From NCBI GenBank assembly GCA_964587485.1, contig CAZPLL010000001.1, forward strand, positions 1 through 54,978: 54,978 nt of DNA, written 5' to 3'. Source of the DNA: an uncultured Oscillospiraceae bacterium (GTDB lineage Bacteria; Bacillota; Clostridia; Oscillospirales; Oscillospiraceae). Below are positions 46,788-54,978 of the stretch, in pieces. A program made the translations under genes and the position numbers. Below the pieces are notes generated by a model. That model was not told where the DNA came from, did no database searches, and worked only from the letters and a program-made list of their open reading frames with translations. Position 1 is the stretch's first letter. Each line of letters begins with the position of its first letter.

Positions 46788-47511
46788 GGTAATCACCTCT
46801 GTCCTTGAGTATTGCGGATGCGAGCAATACATCTCTCGGGGTCGTGAGCTTAATATTATCTTCATCTCCGGCGACGGCATAGGTCTTTACACCCATACAG
46901 GCGACGGCGGCACAATCGTCGGTATAGGTCATGCCCTTCTTGGCCGCGTTGGAGAGTGCTCCCTTGATAATGACGGCATCAAAAACCTGTGGCGTCTGGA
47001 CGCGGACGGTATTTGTTCTGTCCACGGTCGCAGTGACGAAGTTTTTGTCGTCGATTATCTTCAGAGTATCCGTGCTTGCGATAACGGGAGCCGCGGCAAG
47101 GTGCTCCTTAGCGGCGGCGACGGTGCGTGAAATGAGCTCCCCGCTCACGAGCGGGCGGGCGGCGTCATGAATGGCAACAAGCTTCGCGGAAGCCTTGACC
47201 TCGCTGACCCCGGCAAGTGCGGACTCGGTGCGGGTAGCTCCGCCGCCGATGACCTTGCTCACCTTGTCCATGCCGTATTTATGGCAGAGCTCCGCTATCT
47301 CCTCGACCTTATCCATGCGCGAGACTACGATGATCTCATCCACCGAGGGAGAATCCTGGAAAGCCGCAAGCGTATGCGCGAGGACGGGCATTGCACCAAG
47401 GTTCATCATCATCTTATCCTCGCCCATTCTTTCCGCACTGCCGGCCGCAAGGATAACAGCAGAGCAGACCGGTGGCTCCTGTTTTTTTCTTAAGGCGTTG
47501 AGTATGTTCAT
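46765..47511 (-). CDS. ispD: 2-C-methyl-D-erythritol 4-phosphate cytidylyltransferase
   Basis: Carries [13 protein letters not shown] and [14 protein letters not shown] 47511 after GGAGAGG is preferred over the track GTG at 47517. Confidence 0.92.
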   Translation of the reverse strand: MNILNALRKKQEPPVCSAVILAAGSAERMGEDKMMMNLGAMPVLAHTLAAFQDSPSVDEIIVVSRMDKVEEIAELCHKYGMDKVSKVIGGGATRTESALAGVSEVKASAKLVAIHDAARPLVSGELISRTVAAAKEHLAAAPVIASTDTLKIIDDKNFVTATVDRTNTVRVQTPQVFDAVIIKGALSNAAKKGMTYTDDCAAVACMGVKTYAVAGDEDNIKLTTPRDVLLASAILKDRGDYLEDRARV

Positions 47512-47547
47512 ATACACCTCTCCTTTTTCAAAATAAACGGTGGTGTT

Positions 47548-48585
47548 TCAGTTTATAAGCTGTCTCTTTCGGTAGAAGTTGTTCATGCCGTCCTGCAATT
47601 CGTCAAGATGCATGAGCATTTTTCCCGCGCCGTAGGCCGCGCAGGAGATCGCATCGTCAACGACTACCGTGCGTATGCCGGTACTGCGTTCAATAAGGCG
47701 GTCGATACCGTAAAGGAGACTGCCGCCACCGGACATGATAATGCCGTTTTTGTCAAGGTCGCCCACAAGCTGAGGCGCGGAACGTTCGAGAACGCTCTGG
47801 ATAGCATCGAGTATGCTGTTCATCGGCTCGACAAAGGCCTCGATAAGCTCAGTGGAGGTTATACTGACGGTCTTGGGGCGATTGTTTGCGAGGTTACTGC
47901 CCTTTACCTCCTCCACTCCCATATCCGGGCGCTGGATAACACAGCCTATACTGCGCTTGAGCTCCTCTGCGGCGCTGAGCCCGATGGCCATATTGTACTT
48001 CTTGCGGACATATTTGACGATAGCCTCGTCAAAGTTGGTCCCGGCGACCTTTATGGACTCACACTCAGCAACACTGCCCGCGGAGATCATCGCCACCTCG
48101 GTAGTGCCACCGCCGATGTCGATGACAAGATGTCCGTCGGCCTTGGAAATATCAATGCCCGCGCCGAGCGCTGTCGCGACGGCGGTCTCAAGAAGGTAGA
48201 CCTTTCTCGCTCCGGCCTCAATGGCGGCGTCGATCATGGCTCTTTCCTCGACACCGGAAATACTGCTGGGAACGCAGGCAAGGACACATGGCTTGAAAAG
48301 GCTGAGTGACGTCACTCGGCTGACGAGCTCGCGCAACATCTGAGCGGCCATTTCGTAGTCGGAAATGACACCTGCGCTGATTGGACGGATGGCGACAATA
48401 TTCGCGGGAGTACGTCCCAGCATTTTATAGGCGTCCTGTCCGATCTTGAGTATCTTCCCGCTGAACTTGTCGAGGGCAACCACGGTCGGCTCGCGTGAAA
48501 CGATACCCTTGCCCTGCTCGAAAAGCAGAGTTGTGGAGGTCCCCATATCTATCGCTATATCTTTTTCAAAAAGGAGCATCTGCAT
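47548..48585 (-). CDS. mreB: Rod-shape-determining actin homologue MreB/Mbl family
   Basis: Carries DIAIDMGTSTT, VIDIGGGTTEVA and IMSGGGSLL. ATG 48585 after GAGGTG is preferred. Confidence 0.9.
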   Translation of the reverse strand: MQMLLFEKDIAIDMGTSTTLLFEQGKGIVSREPTVVALDKFSGKILKIGQDAYKMLGRTPANIVAIRPISAGVISDYEMAAQMLRELVSRVTSLSLFKPCVLACVPSSISGVEERAMIDAAIEAGARKVYLLETAVATALGAGIDISKADGHLVIDIGGGTTEVAMISAGSVAECESIKVAGTNFDEAIVKYVRKKYNMAIGLSAAEELKRSIGCVIQRPDMGVEEVKGSNLANNRPKTVSITSTELIEAFVEPMNSILDAIQSVLERSAPQLVGDLDKNGIIMSGGGSLLYGIDRLIERSTGIRTVVVDDAISCAAYGAGKMLMHLDELQDGMNNFYRKRQLIN

Positions 48586-48612
48586 TTGCTTCACCTCATA
48601 TTAATAATCGCA

Positions 48613-49263
48613 TTAATCACAGCCTCTGGCCACGGCAACGGCCTGAACATCCGCACTGCCGTGCTCCGAAAGCACCCGCGCACATTCCGAAAGCGTGGAG
48701 CCGGTGGTAACGATATCATCCACAAGAAGTATTCGCCTTCCGACTATCTTATCCGTATTCACAGCGGTATACACTCCTGACACGTTGGCTCTGCGTTTCT
48801 CGGCAGAGCCGGTGCCGGACTGCGCGGGGTTATGGCGCGTCTTTTTCAGCAGGCGCACACACCTCAGCCCGGTAAGCCCGGAGAGAGAGTCAGCGATAAG
48901 CTTTGCCTGATCGTACCCACGGGAGCGGAAGCGCTTCGCGCTCAACGGTACCCATGTGATAATATCGCAGGAAATTCCGTTTTCGTCAATACATTTTGCA
49001 ATAAACTCCGCATAAATTTGCGAATAAGCGCTCAGTCCGCCGAATTTATAGCGCAAAAGGGACTCCCTGACACTGCCTTTGTAGTAGAAGGGCGCGACAC
49101 AGCGCGAGATGTATCGCAGCTTGCGCCCGTGGGACTGCGTTGTTGTATACGGCAGAGTCCTCAGACAATCACAGCAAACGCTCTCTCCCCTGTCCGTAAG
49201 TCTGCGGCAGAAAGGGCACTTCGGCGGAAAGAGAAGATCAAGCGCGGTATCAATGAGTTTCAT
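48613..49263 (-). CDS. comFC: ComF-family protein (ComFC-like phosphoribosyltransferase with N-terminal zinc-finger)
   Basis: Carries FPPKCPFC...CCDC and the PRTase motif ILLVDDIVTTGST. ATG 49263 shares one nt with the recD2 TGA. Confidence 0.85.
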   Translation of the reverse strand: MKLIDTALDLLFPPKCPFCRRLTDRGESVCCDCLRTLPYTTTQSHGRKLRYISRCVAPFYYKGSVRESLLRYKFGGLSAYSQIYAEFIAKCIDENGISCDIITWVPLSAKRFRSRGYDQAKLIADSLSGLTGLRCVRLLKKTRHNPAQSGTGSAEKRRANVSGVYTAVNTDKIVGRRILLVDDIVTTGSTLSECARVLSEHGSADVQAVAVARGCD

Positions 49264-51485
49264 CACCGGACCCCGCAAAGCTTTCTGAGTCTGACGCGCA
49301 GTGCGGTATATCTGTTGGTCCTGCGGAAATTGTCTACCATCTGATACGCATCCCGGTCGTCGCCGACAAGGATGAGAAGCTCTCTCGCCCTCGTGATGGC
49401 TGTATAAAGCACATCCCGCGTCATGAGCATGGGCGAGGTGGGGCTGAGCGCAAGTATCACCGCCCTGTACTCACTGCCCTGAGACTTATGTACCGTCATA
49501 GCCCAAGCGTGCTCAAGCTCCATGAGAGACTCAAAGCCGTAGGTAGCTATACGTCCCTCGAAGTCGACCGTGAGCGTTTCGGTAGCCGGGTCAACGGTCT
49601 TAACGGTACCTATATCACCGTTATAAATCCCGCTTCCCGCCGATTTCCCGTCCGAGCTGTACCACATTATATCATAGTTATTCCGGATCTGCATTACCCG
49701 GTCGCCCTCACGAAAAACATAATCTCCGAAGGCCTTTTCTTTTTTGTCGTCGCGCTGTGGGTTTAGCGTCTGCTGGAGAACTCGGTTGAGATTCTTTGTT
49801 CCCATCTCGCCGCGTCTCGTGGGGGTAAGCACCTGAATATCAGAGGGAGGAATTTTCATTCTGCCCGGAAGCCTCACGGCGCAAAGCTCGGTTATAGTCT
49901 CGACTGAGCTTGCGGCCTGAAGCCGACGCAGACGGAAGAAGTCTCCGGAATTCTCCGAGAAGTTCGGATGCTCCCCCCGGTTGATCATATGTGCGTTGCG
50001 CACAATACGGCTGTCCTCATTCTGGCGGAATATCTCGGTGAGACGGACAGTCGGCACGACCTGGCTTCTTATAACGGCAGAGAAAACGTTGCCCGGCCCC
50101 ACGGACGGGAGCTGATCCGCGTCCCCGACCATAACAAGGCGTGCCTCGGGCGGCATGGCACGAAGGAGTGCCGCCATCAGCACAATATCGATCATCGACG
50201 CCTCATCGAGTATTACCGCGTCACACTCAAGTCTGTCGTCCTCGTTCTTTTTGAATACCACGCGCTCTCCGTCATCGTCAAACTTCGCCTCAAGGAGCCT
50301 GTGGACTGTCACCGCGTCACAGCCGGAGAGGTCGCTCATACGCTTTGCGGCGCGTCCGGTGGGAGCGGTCAGCAGTGTCTTAAGCCCCATGTCCTCAAAG
50401 AGGGCAATTATGGCCCGTATCGAGGTCGTTTTTCCCGTTCCGGGGCCTCCGGTTATAACGGTGAGGCGATTATCCAGTGCGAACTCAAGTGTGAGTCGCT
50501 GGAGCGGCGCGTATTTTATGTTCTGCTGTTTTTCAAGGCGCGCTATCACGGCGTCTGTATCGGCATGGGAATCGGTCGTGCAGCCGCACATTGCAGCAAG
50601 GCGCTCCGCCGCGGTAGTCTCTGCCTCGTACAGCTCCGGTAGGTAGCACGCTTTGCACCCGGCGATTTCCTCAAAGATGAGGCGTCCCGACTCGATAAGC
50701 TCTCCGATACTGCGCTCGGCCTCCTCTATCTCCACTCCGATAAGCTCCGCGGTTATCGCGGCAAGCTTCTCGCGGGGGATAAAGCAGTGGCCGTTTCCGG
50801 AGTTGTGCAGAAGCTCAAACAGTACGGCGGCGTCGATTCGGTTGGGGCTGTTGCTCTCCGTGCCCATCTCAAGCGCAAGCCTGTCCGCCTCGGCAAAGCT
50901 CCCTCCGATATGCGCAGTCGCTATAAGGTAGGGGTTATCGCGCACAAGCTCCAGCGCCCTGTCACCGTAGAATTTATAAAGACGCATGGCAAGTATCGGA
51001 CGGATACCGAAGGAGCACACAAACTCCATCAGCCTGCGCATACCGGTCTGACGGCGAAAACTCCTGCTCATCTGCTCGGCCTTGTTGGCGCTTATCCCCT
51101 TTATCTGCGTGAGCTTTTCCGGCTCGGATTCGAGTATTTCAAGCGCCTTATCACCGAATTTTCCAACGATGAGAGATGCCGTGGCGGAGCCAATGCCCTT
51201 GATCGTTCCGCCGGAGAGATAGGCATATATCGCCGGTGCGGAGGTGGGTATCATTCTCTGAGCAAATTCGGCCTTGAACTGGCGTCCATGAGTATTGTGG
51301 GTCATCCAGTTCCCGCTGATGATCATGGATTCTCCCGGGGAAGCAAATGGGAAGGTGCCGACGACCGTAACGTTCTCGTCGTTCGAGTCCGTAAGGCGGA
51401 GGACCGTATAACCGTTTTCTTCGTTTTTGTAGATGACTGAGCTTACGGTGCCGGATATCTCCAAAAGCTCATTGTCCTGCTCCAT
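49263..51485 (-). CDS. recD2: SF1B ATP-dependent RecD-like DNA helicase (RecD2/YrrC)
   Basis: 740 aa. Walker A GGPGTGKTT, DEASMID, VGDADQLPSVGPG, and C-terminal HKSQGSEY. Confidence 0.9.
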   Translation of the reverse strand: MEQDNELLEISGTVSSVIYKNEENGYTVLRLTDSNDENVTVVGTFPFASPGESMIISGNWMTHNTHGRQFKAEFAQRMIPTSAPAIYAYLSGGTIKGIGSATASLIVGKFGDKALEILESEPEKLTQIKGISANKAEQMSRSFRRQTGMRRLMEFVCSFGIRPILAMRLYKFYGDRALELVRDNPYLIATAHIGGSFAEADRLALEMGTESNSPNRIDAAVLFELLHNSGNGHCFIPREKLAAITAELIGVEIEEAERSIGELIESGRLIFEEIAGCKACYLPELYEAETTAAERLAAMCGCTTDSHADTDAVIARLEKQQNIKYAPLQRLTLEFALDNRLTVITGGPGTGKTTSIRAIIALFEDMGLKTLLTAPTGRAAKRMSDLSGCDAVTVHRLLEAKFDDDGERVVFKKNEDDRLECDAVILDEASMIDIVLMAALLRAMPPEARLVMVGDADQLPSVGPGNVFSAVIRSQVVPTVRLTEIFRQNEDSRIVRNAHMINRGEHPNFSENSGDFFRLRRLQAASSVETITELCAVRLPGRMKIPPSDIQVLTPTRRGEMGTKNLNRVLQQTLNPQRDDKKEKAFGDYVFREGDRVMQIRNNYDIMWYSSDGKSAGSGIYNGDIGTVKTVDPATETLTVDFEGRIATYGFESLMELEHAWAMTVHKSQGSEYRAVILALSPTSPMLMTRDVLYTAITRARELLILVGDDRDAYQMVDNFRRTNRYTALRVRLRKLCGVR

Positions 51486-51528
51486 TCGGTATCATCTCCG
51501 TTCCTCGTTCGTATTCTGACGTGGGGAG

Positions 51529-54351
51529 TTACAGCAGTTTTTTCAGGAACTGTCCTGTATAGCTGCGTTCGCAGGCCGCGCACTCCTCCGGAGTGCCGGA
51601 AAAGACAAGCTCGCCGCCCATGTCTCCGCCCTCGGGGCCGAGGTCGATGATATGATCCGCGACCTTGATAACATCGAGATTATGCTCTATTACCACAACT
51701 GTGTTCCCTGCGTCGGCAAGTCTGTCAAGTATGGTTATGAGTCGGTGGACGTCTGCCATATGAAGCCCTGTTGTAGGCTCGTCAAGGACATACACGGTCG
51801 CGCCGGTACTGCGCTTTGAAAGCTCGGTGGCAAGCTTTACTCTCTGCGCCTCGCCACCGGAGAGTGTTGTGCTCGACTGGCCGAGCTTAACATAGCCGAG
51901 GCCGACATCGTAGAGCGTCTGAAGCTTTCCGTAGATTTTGGGCTGGTTGGCGAAGAACGCGCACGCCTCCTCGACGGTCATGTCAAGAACGTCGGCAATG
52001 CTCTTTCCCTTGTATTTCACCTCAAGCGTCTCGCGGTTGAAGCGCTTCCCCCCGCACACATCACAGGGCACATAAACATCCGGCAGGAAGTGCATTTCTA
52101 TCTTCAAAAGTCCGTCGCCCGAGCACGCCTCACAGCGCCCACCCTTGACATTAAAGGAAAAGCGTCCCTGTCCGTAGCCTCGAAGCTTCGCGTCGGAGGT
52201 CATGGCAAAGAGGTCTCTTATCTCTCCGAATACCCCCGTATAGGTCGCGGGGTTCGAGCGCGGCGTTCTTCCGATGGGGCTCTGGTCGATGGCGATCACC
52301 TTGTCCACGTTTTCAAGCCCCTCTATCCCGCGGCTTTTGCCGGGATGGACCTTTACGCGGTTCTTTTCGGCGGCAAGGGTCTTGTACAGTATCTCGTTGA
52401 TAAGCGAGGATTTACCGCTGCCGGATACGCCCGTGACGCAAATGAGCTTGCCCAGGGGTATCTCAACGTCAATATTTTTGAGGTTGTTTTCCTGCGCGCC
52501 GCGGATGATAAGCTTCTTCCCGTTTCCCTCACGTCTTGAGGACGGAACGGGGATGCTCCTTCTGCCGCTGAGATACTGCCCCGTTACGGAGCTCTCACAG
52601 GCGCAGATATCGTCTATACTGCCCGCGCAGACCACGTTTCCTCCGCTTGAGCCCGCACCCGGGCCGACATCTACGATATAGTCCGCCGCGCGCATAGTAT
52701 CCTCATCGTGCTCGACCACGATGAGAGTGTTCCCGAGGTCACGCAGACGCTTGAGCGTCATGAGAAGCTTTTCGTTATCGCGCTGATGAAGCCCGATGCT
52801 CGGCTCGTCGAGTATATACAGGACGCCCATGAGACTCGAGCCTATCTGGGTGGCAAGCCTTATCCGCTGGCTTTCGCCGCCGGAGAGCGTCGCCGCCGAG
52901 CGTGAGAGTGTGAGGTAGCCAAGACCCACGCTTGCAAGGAAGCCGAGTCTTGCCCTGATCTCCTTGAGTATCCGTTCGGCGATCATTGCGTCCTTTTCGC
53001 TCAGCTCAAGGGTATCAACGAACTTGATCGCGTCCACGACGGAGAGGTCGGAAAACTGTGCTATGCTCAGCCCACCCACCGTGACGGCGAGAGCGGACTT
53101 CTTGAGCCGCTTTCCGGCACACTCGGGGCACGGGACCTGAGACATACATTCCTCGATCTCGGCGCGCATGGCGGGGCTTTGAGTTTCCCTGTAGCGACGC
53201 TCGAGGTTGTTCACTATCCCCTCGAAATCACGTTTTATGACACCGTAGCCCTCGCTCTTTTCGTAATGGAGCTGGAGCGGTTCGTTTTTCGTGCCGTAAA
53301 GTATCGCGTCGAGGGCTTCACTGCTGAGGTTTTTTATCGGCTCGTTGAGCTTGAAATGATAGCGCTTTGAAAGAGCTTCAAAGTACATTTTGGATATGCT
53401 GTCGCCCTTTACGTTTCCCCATCCAGAGGCGGTGATGGCGCCGTCCATAATGCTCAGCGCGTTGTTCGGAATAATAAGCTCGGGGTCGACCAGAAGCTGC
53501 ATACCGAGTCCCGTACAGGTGGGACACGCACCGCTGGGATTGTTGAAGGAAAACAGTCTCGGCGTGAGCTCCTCGATCGAAATGCCGCAATCGTCACAGG
53601 CGTAGTTCTGGGAAAAGCTTATCTGCCGCTCCTCCGACACGACATCGACATACATGAGTCCGCCTGTGAGCGCAAGCGCCGTCTCGGATGAATCGGTAAG
53701 GCGACGGATAACATCGGGCTTTACAACGATGCGGTCAACGACTATTTCGATATTATGCTTTTTATTCTTTTCGAGCTTTATTTCCTCGGAAAGATCATAG
53801 GCGATTCCGTCGACTCGCGCGCGGACGTAGCCGGAGCGCTTGGCGTCCTCGAAAATCTTTGTATGCTCGCCCTTTCTTCCGCGCACCACGGGTGCAAGGA
53901 TCTGTATTCTTGTTCCCTCGGGCAGCTCCATTATGCGGTCAACTATCTGGTCAATGCTCTGCTGACGTATTTCCTTGCCGCACTTCGGGCAATGCGGTAC
54001 GCCTATGCGCGCCCAAAGCAGCCTGAGATAATCGTATATCTCCGTCACCGTGCCGACAGTCGAGCGGGGATTCTTTGAGGTCGTCTTCTGGTCAATTGAT
54101 ATGGCCGGAGAGAGGCCGTCGATATAATCCACATCCGGCTTGTCCATCTGTCCGAGGAACATTCGCGCATACGAGCTGAGACTTTCCACATAGCGTCTCT
54201 GCCCCTCCGCATAGATAGTGTCAAACGCAAGCGAGGATTTGCCGCTGCCTGAAAGTCCGGTAATGACCACCAGCTTGTCACGCGGCAGCTCAAGGTCGAT
54301 ATTTTTAAGATTGTTTTCTCTCGCGCCCTTTATGAAAATGCTGTTCTGCAT
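51529..54351 (-). CDS. uvrA: Excinuclease ABC subunit A
   Basis: 940 aa. Two ABC modules ([14 protein letters not shown] and [10 protein letters not shown]), with LSGGE signatures and zinc modules. Confidence 0.97.
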   Translation of the reverse strand: MQNSIFIKGARENNLKNIDLELPRDKLVVITGLSGSGKSSLAFDTIYAEGQRRYVESLSSYARMFLGQMDKPDVDYIDGLSPAISIDQKTTSKNPRSTVGTVTEIYDYLRLLWARIGVPHCPKCGKEIRQQSIDQIVDRIMELPEGTRIQILAPVVRGRKGEHTKIFEDAKRSGYVRARVDGIAYDLSEEIKLEKNKKHNIEIVVDRIVVKPDVIRRLTDSSETALALTGGLMYVDVVSEERQISFSQNYACDDCGISIEELTPRLFSFNNPSGACPTCTGLGMQLLVDPELIIPNNALSIMDGAITASGWGNVKGDSISKMYFEALSKRYHFKLNEPIKNLSSEALDAILYGTKNEPLQLHYEKSEGYGVIKRDFEGIVNNLERRYRETQSPAMRAEIEECMSQVPCPECAGKRLKKSALAVTVGGLSIAQFSDLSVVDAIKFVDTLELSEKDAMIAERILKEIRARLGFLASVGLGYLTLSRSAATLSGGESQRIRLATQIGSSLMGVLYILDEPSIGLHQRDNEKLLMTLKRLRDLGNTLIVVEHDEDTMRAADYIVDVGPGAGSSGGNVVCAGSIDDICACESSVTGQYLSGRRSIPVPSSRREGNGKKLIIRGAQENNLKNIDVEIPLGKLICVTGVSGSGKSSLINEILYKTLAAEKNRVKVHPGKSRGIEGLENVDKVIAIDQSPIGRTPRSNPATYTGVFGEIRDLFAMTSDAKLRGYGQGRFSFNVKGGRCEACSGDGLLKIEMHFLPDVYVPCDVCGGKRFNRETLEVKYKGKSIADVLDMTVEEACAFFANQPKIYGKLQTLYDVGLGYVKLGQSSTTLSGGEAQRVKLATELSKRSTGATVYVLDEPTTGLHMADVHRLITILDRLADAGNTVVVIEHNLDVIKVADHIIDLGPEGGDMGGELVFSGTPEECAACERSYTGQFLKKLL

Positions 54352-54354
54352 GGT

Positions 54355-54837
54355 TCAATCCTCTGTGATAATATCTGCGTAATTGCCCCTGACAAGGCCG
54401 ATAAGATCGGCGGGGGCGAGTTCCACCATGGTGCCTATCCGCCCGGCGCTGACAATGACGGTGCTCAATTCGGCAGCCGTGGAGTGAAAAACGGTAGTAT
54501 ACTGCTTTTTCATGCCGACAGGGGAACAGCCTCCGCGCACATAGCCGGTAAGCGCAGTCAGTTCCTTCACCTGAACCATGGCGACGGATTTTTCTCCGAC
54601 AGACCTTGCGGCCTTTTTAAGGTCAAGCTCGGACGTCGCCGGAATGTCAAAAACGTATATCCGTTTGCTCGCGCCGCGTGCAACGAGAGTTTTGAAAACG
54701 TGCGACACATCTTCTCCGATGAGCTCTGCCGCCGTAACTCCGTCCACGGGAACATCGGTGTGTGGGTACTCCTTTGCGGCATATTCTATTCTGTTTCGGT
54801 CAAGAAGCCGCATGACGTTGGTCTTATGTTCTGTCAT
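54355..54837 (-). CDS. ybaK: Cys-tRNA(Pro)/Cys-tRNA(Cys) deacylase YbaK-family
   Basis: 160 aa. [13 protein letters not shown] and GGCSPVG are typical YbaK/EbsC motifs. Confidence 0.82.
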   Translation of the reverse strand: MTEHKTNVMRLLDRNRIEYAAKEYPHTDVPVDGVTAAELIGEDVSHVFKTLVARGASKRIYVFDIPATSELDLKKAARSVGEKSVAMVQVKELTALTGYVRGGCSPVGMKKQYTTVFHSTAAELSTVIVSAGRIGTMVELAPADLIGLVRGNYADIITED

Positions 54838-54870
54838 TACGCCGCCTCCGTTTTTCTATTTGAACACTTT

Positions 54871-54899
54871 ATTATAACCTATAAAATTTATTCTTTCAA
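54871..54899 (-). promoter_or_regulatory. Candidate sigma-A promoter for ybaK-uvrA
   Basis: The minus strand reads TTGAAA, 17 nt, then TATAAT, about 30 nt upstream of the ybaK ATG. Confidence 0.5.
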
Positions 54900-54978
54900 C
54901 AGAAAAAGTCGTTTCTTTCATATTGTCTAAATTGCAACATAAAGATTCCACAAAGTTAGGCAACAGATAATTGCTGGA

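Noticed and set aside
54861-54876. Possible LexA (Cheo) box upstream of ybaK-uvrA
   Set aside because: Only one GAAC half-site (TGAACACTTTATT) is present, with no matching GTTC four nt away. This does not fit the GAAC-N4-GTTC consensus.

Overview
This 55 kb window looks like chromosomal core sequence from a moderately GC-rich, spore-forming Firmicute of the class Clostridia. Supporting marks are a type-A RNase P RNA, an in-frame IspH-S1 fusion, an alpha/beta SASP, spoVM, yunB, ytfJ and a DUF3794/LysM SipL-like gene. About 50 genes are tightly packed and almost all sit on the minus strand, often with 1-8 nt overlaps. Two blocks are syntenic, as I recall them, with the B. subtilis ypu and ylo regions: scpA-scpB-ytfI-ytfJ-dac-rluB-...-cmk-ispH/S1, and yicC-remA-gmk-rpoZ-priA-def-fmt-rsmB-rlmN-prpC-prkC-rsgA-spoVM. 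Other housekeeping genes are ligA, murD, cdaA-cdaR, ispD-ispF, mreB, comFC, recD2, uvrA and ybaK. I found no CRISPR array, transposase or integrase, tRNA or rRNA, or recognisable defence genes, so most of the window is ordinary. The least ordinary locus is a plus-strand islet at about 20.6-28.6 kb. It holds rnpB, a wHTH-fused LicC-like cytidylyltransferase with an APC permease behind a ~200 nt structured leader, yebC, a visibly AT-richer 911-aa YidC-polytopic-sulfatase fusion, and a convergent TagF-like transferase. I read this as a candidate non-canonical envelope phospho-alcohol decoration module. Other points worth a second look:
- an intact P1B-ATPase homologue in which all catalytic signatures are altered (DKTGT to EKTGI and others);
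- an unlisted 22-aa spoVM micro-ORF preceded by a 50-aa Cys-capped membrane micro-ORF whose SD is buried in a 12-bp stem;
- a 17-bp hairpin burying the start of the D,D-carboxypeptidase gene.
All hairpin and promoter coordinates were derived by hand and may be off by 1-2 nt. All family assignments come from motif recognition by eye, not database searches.
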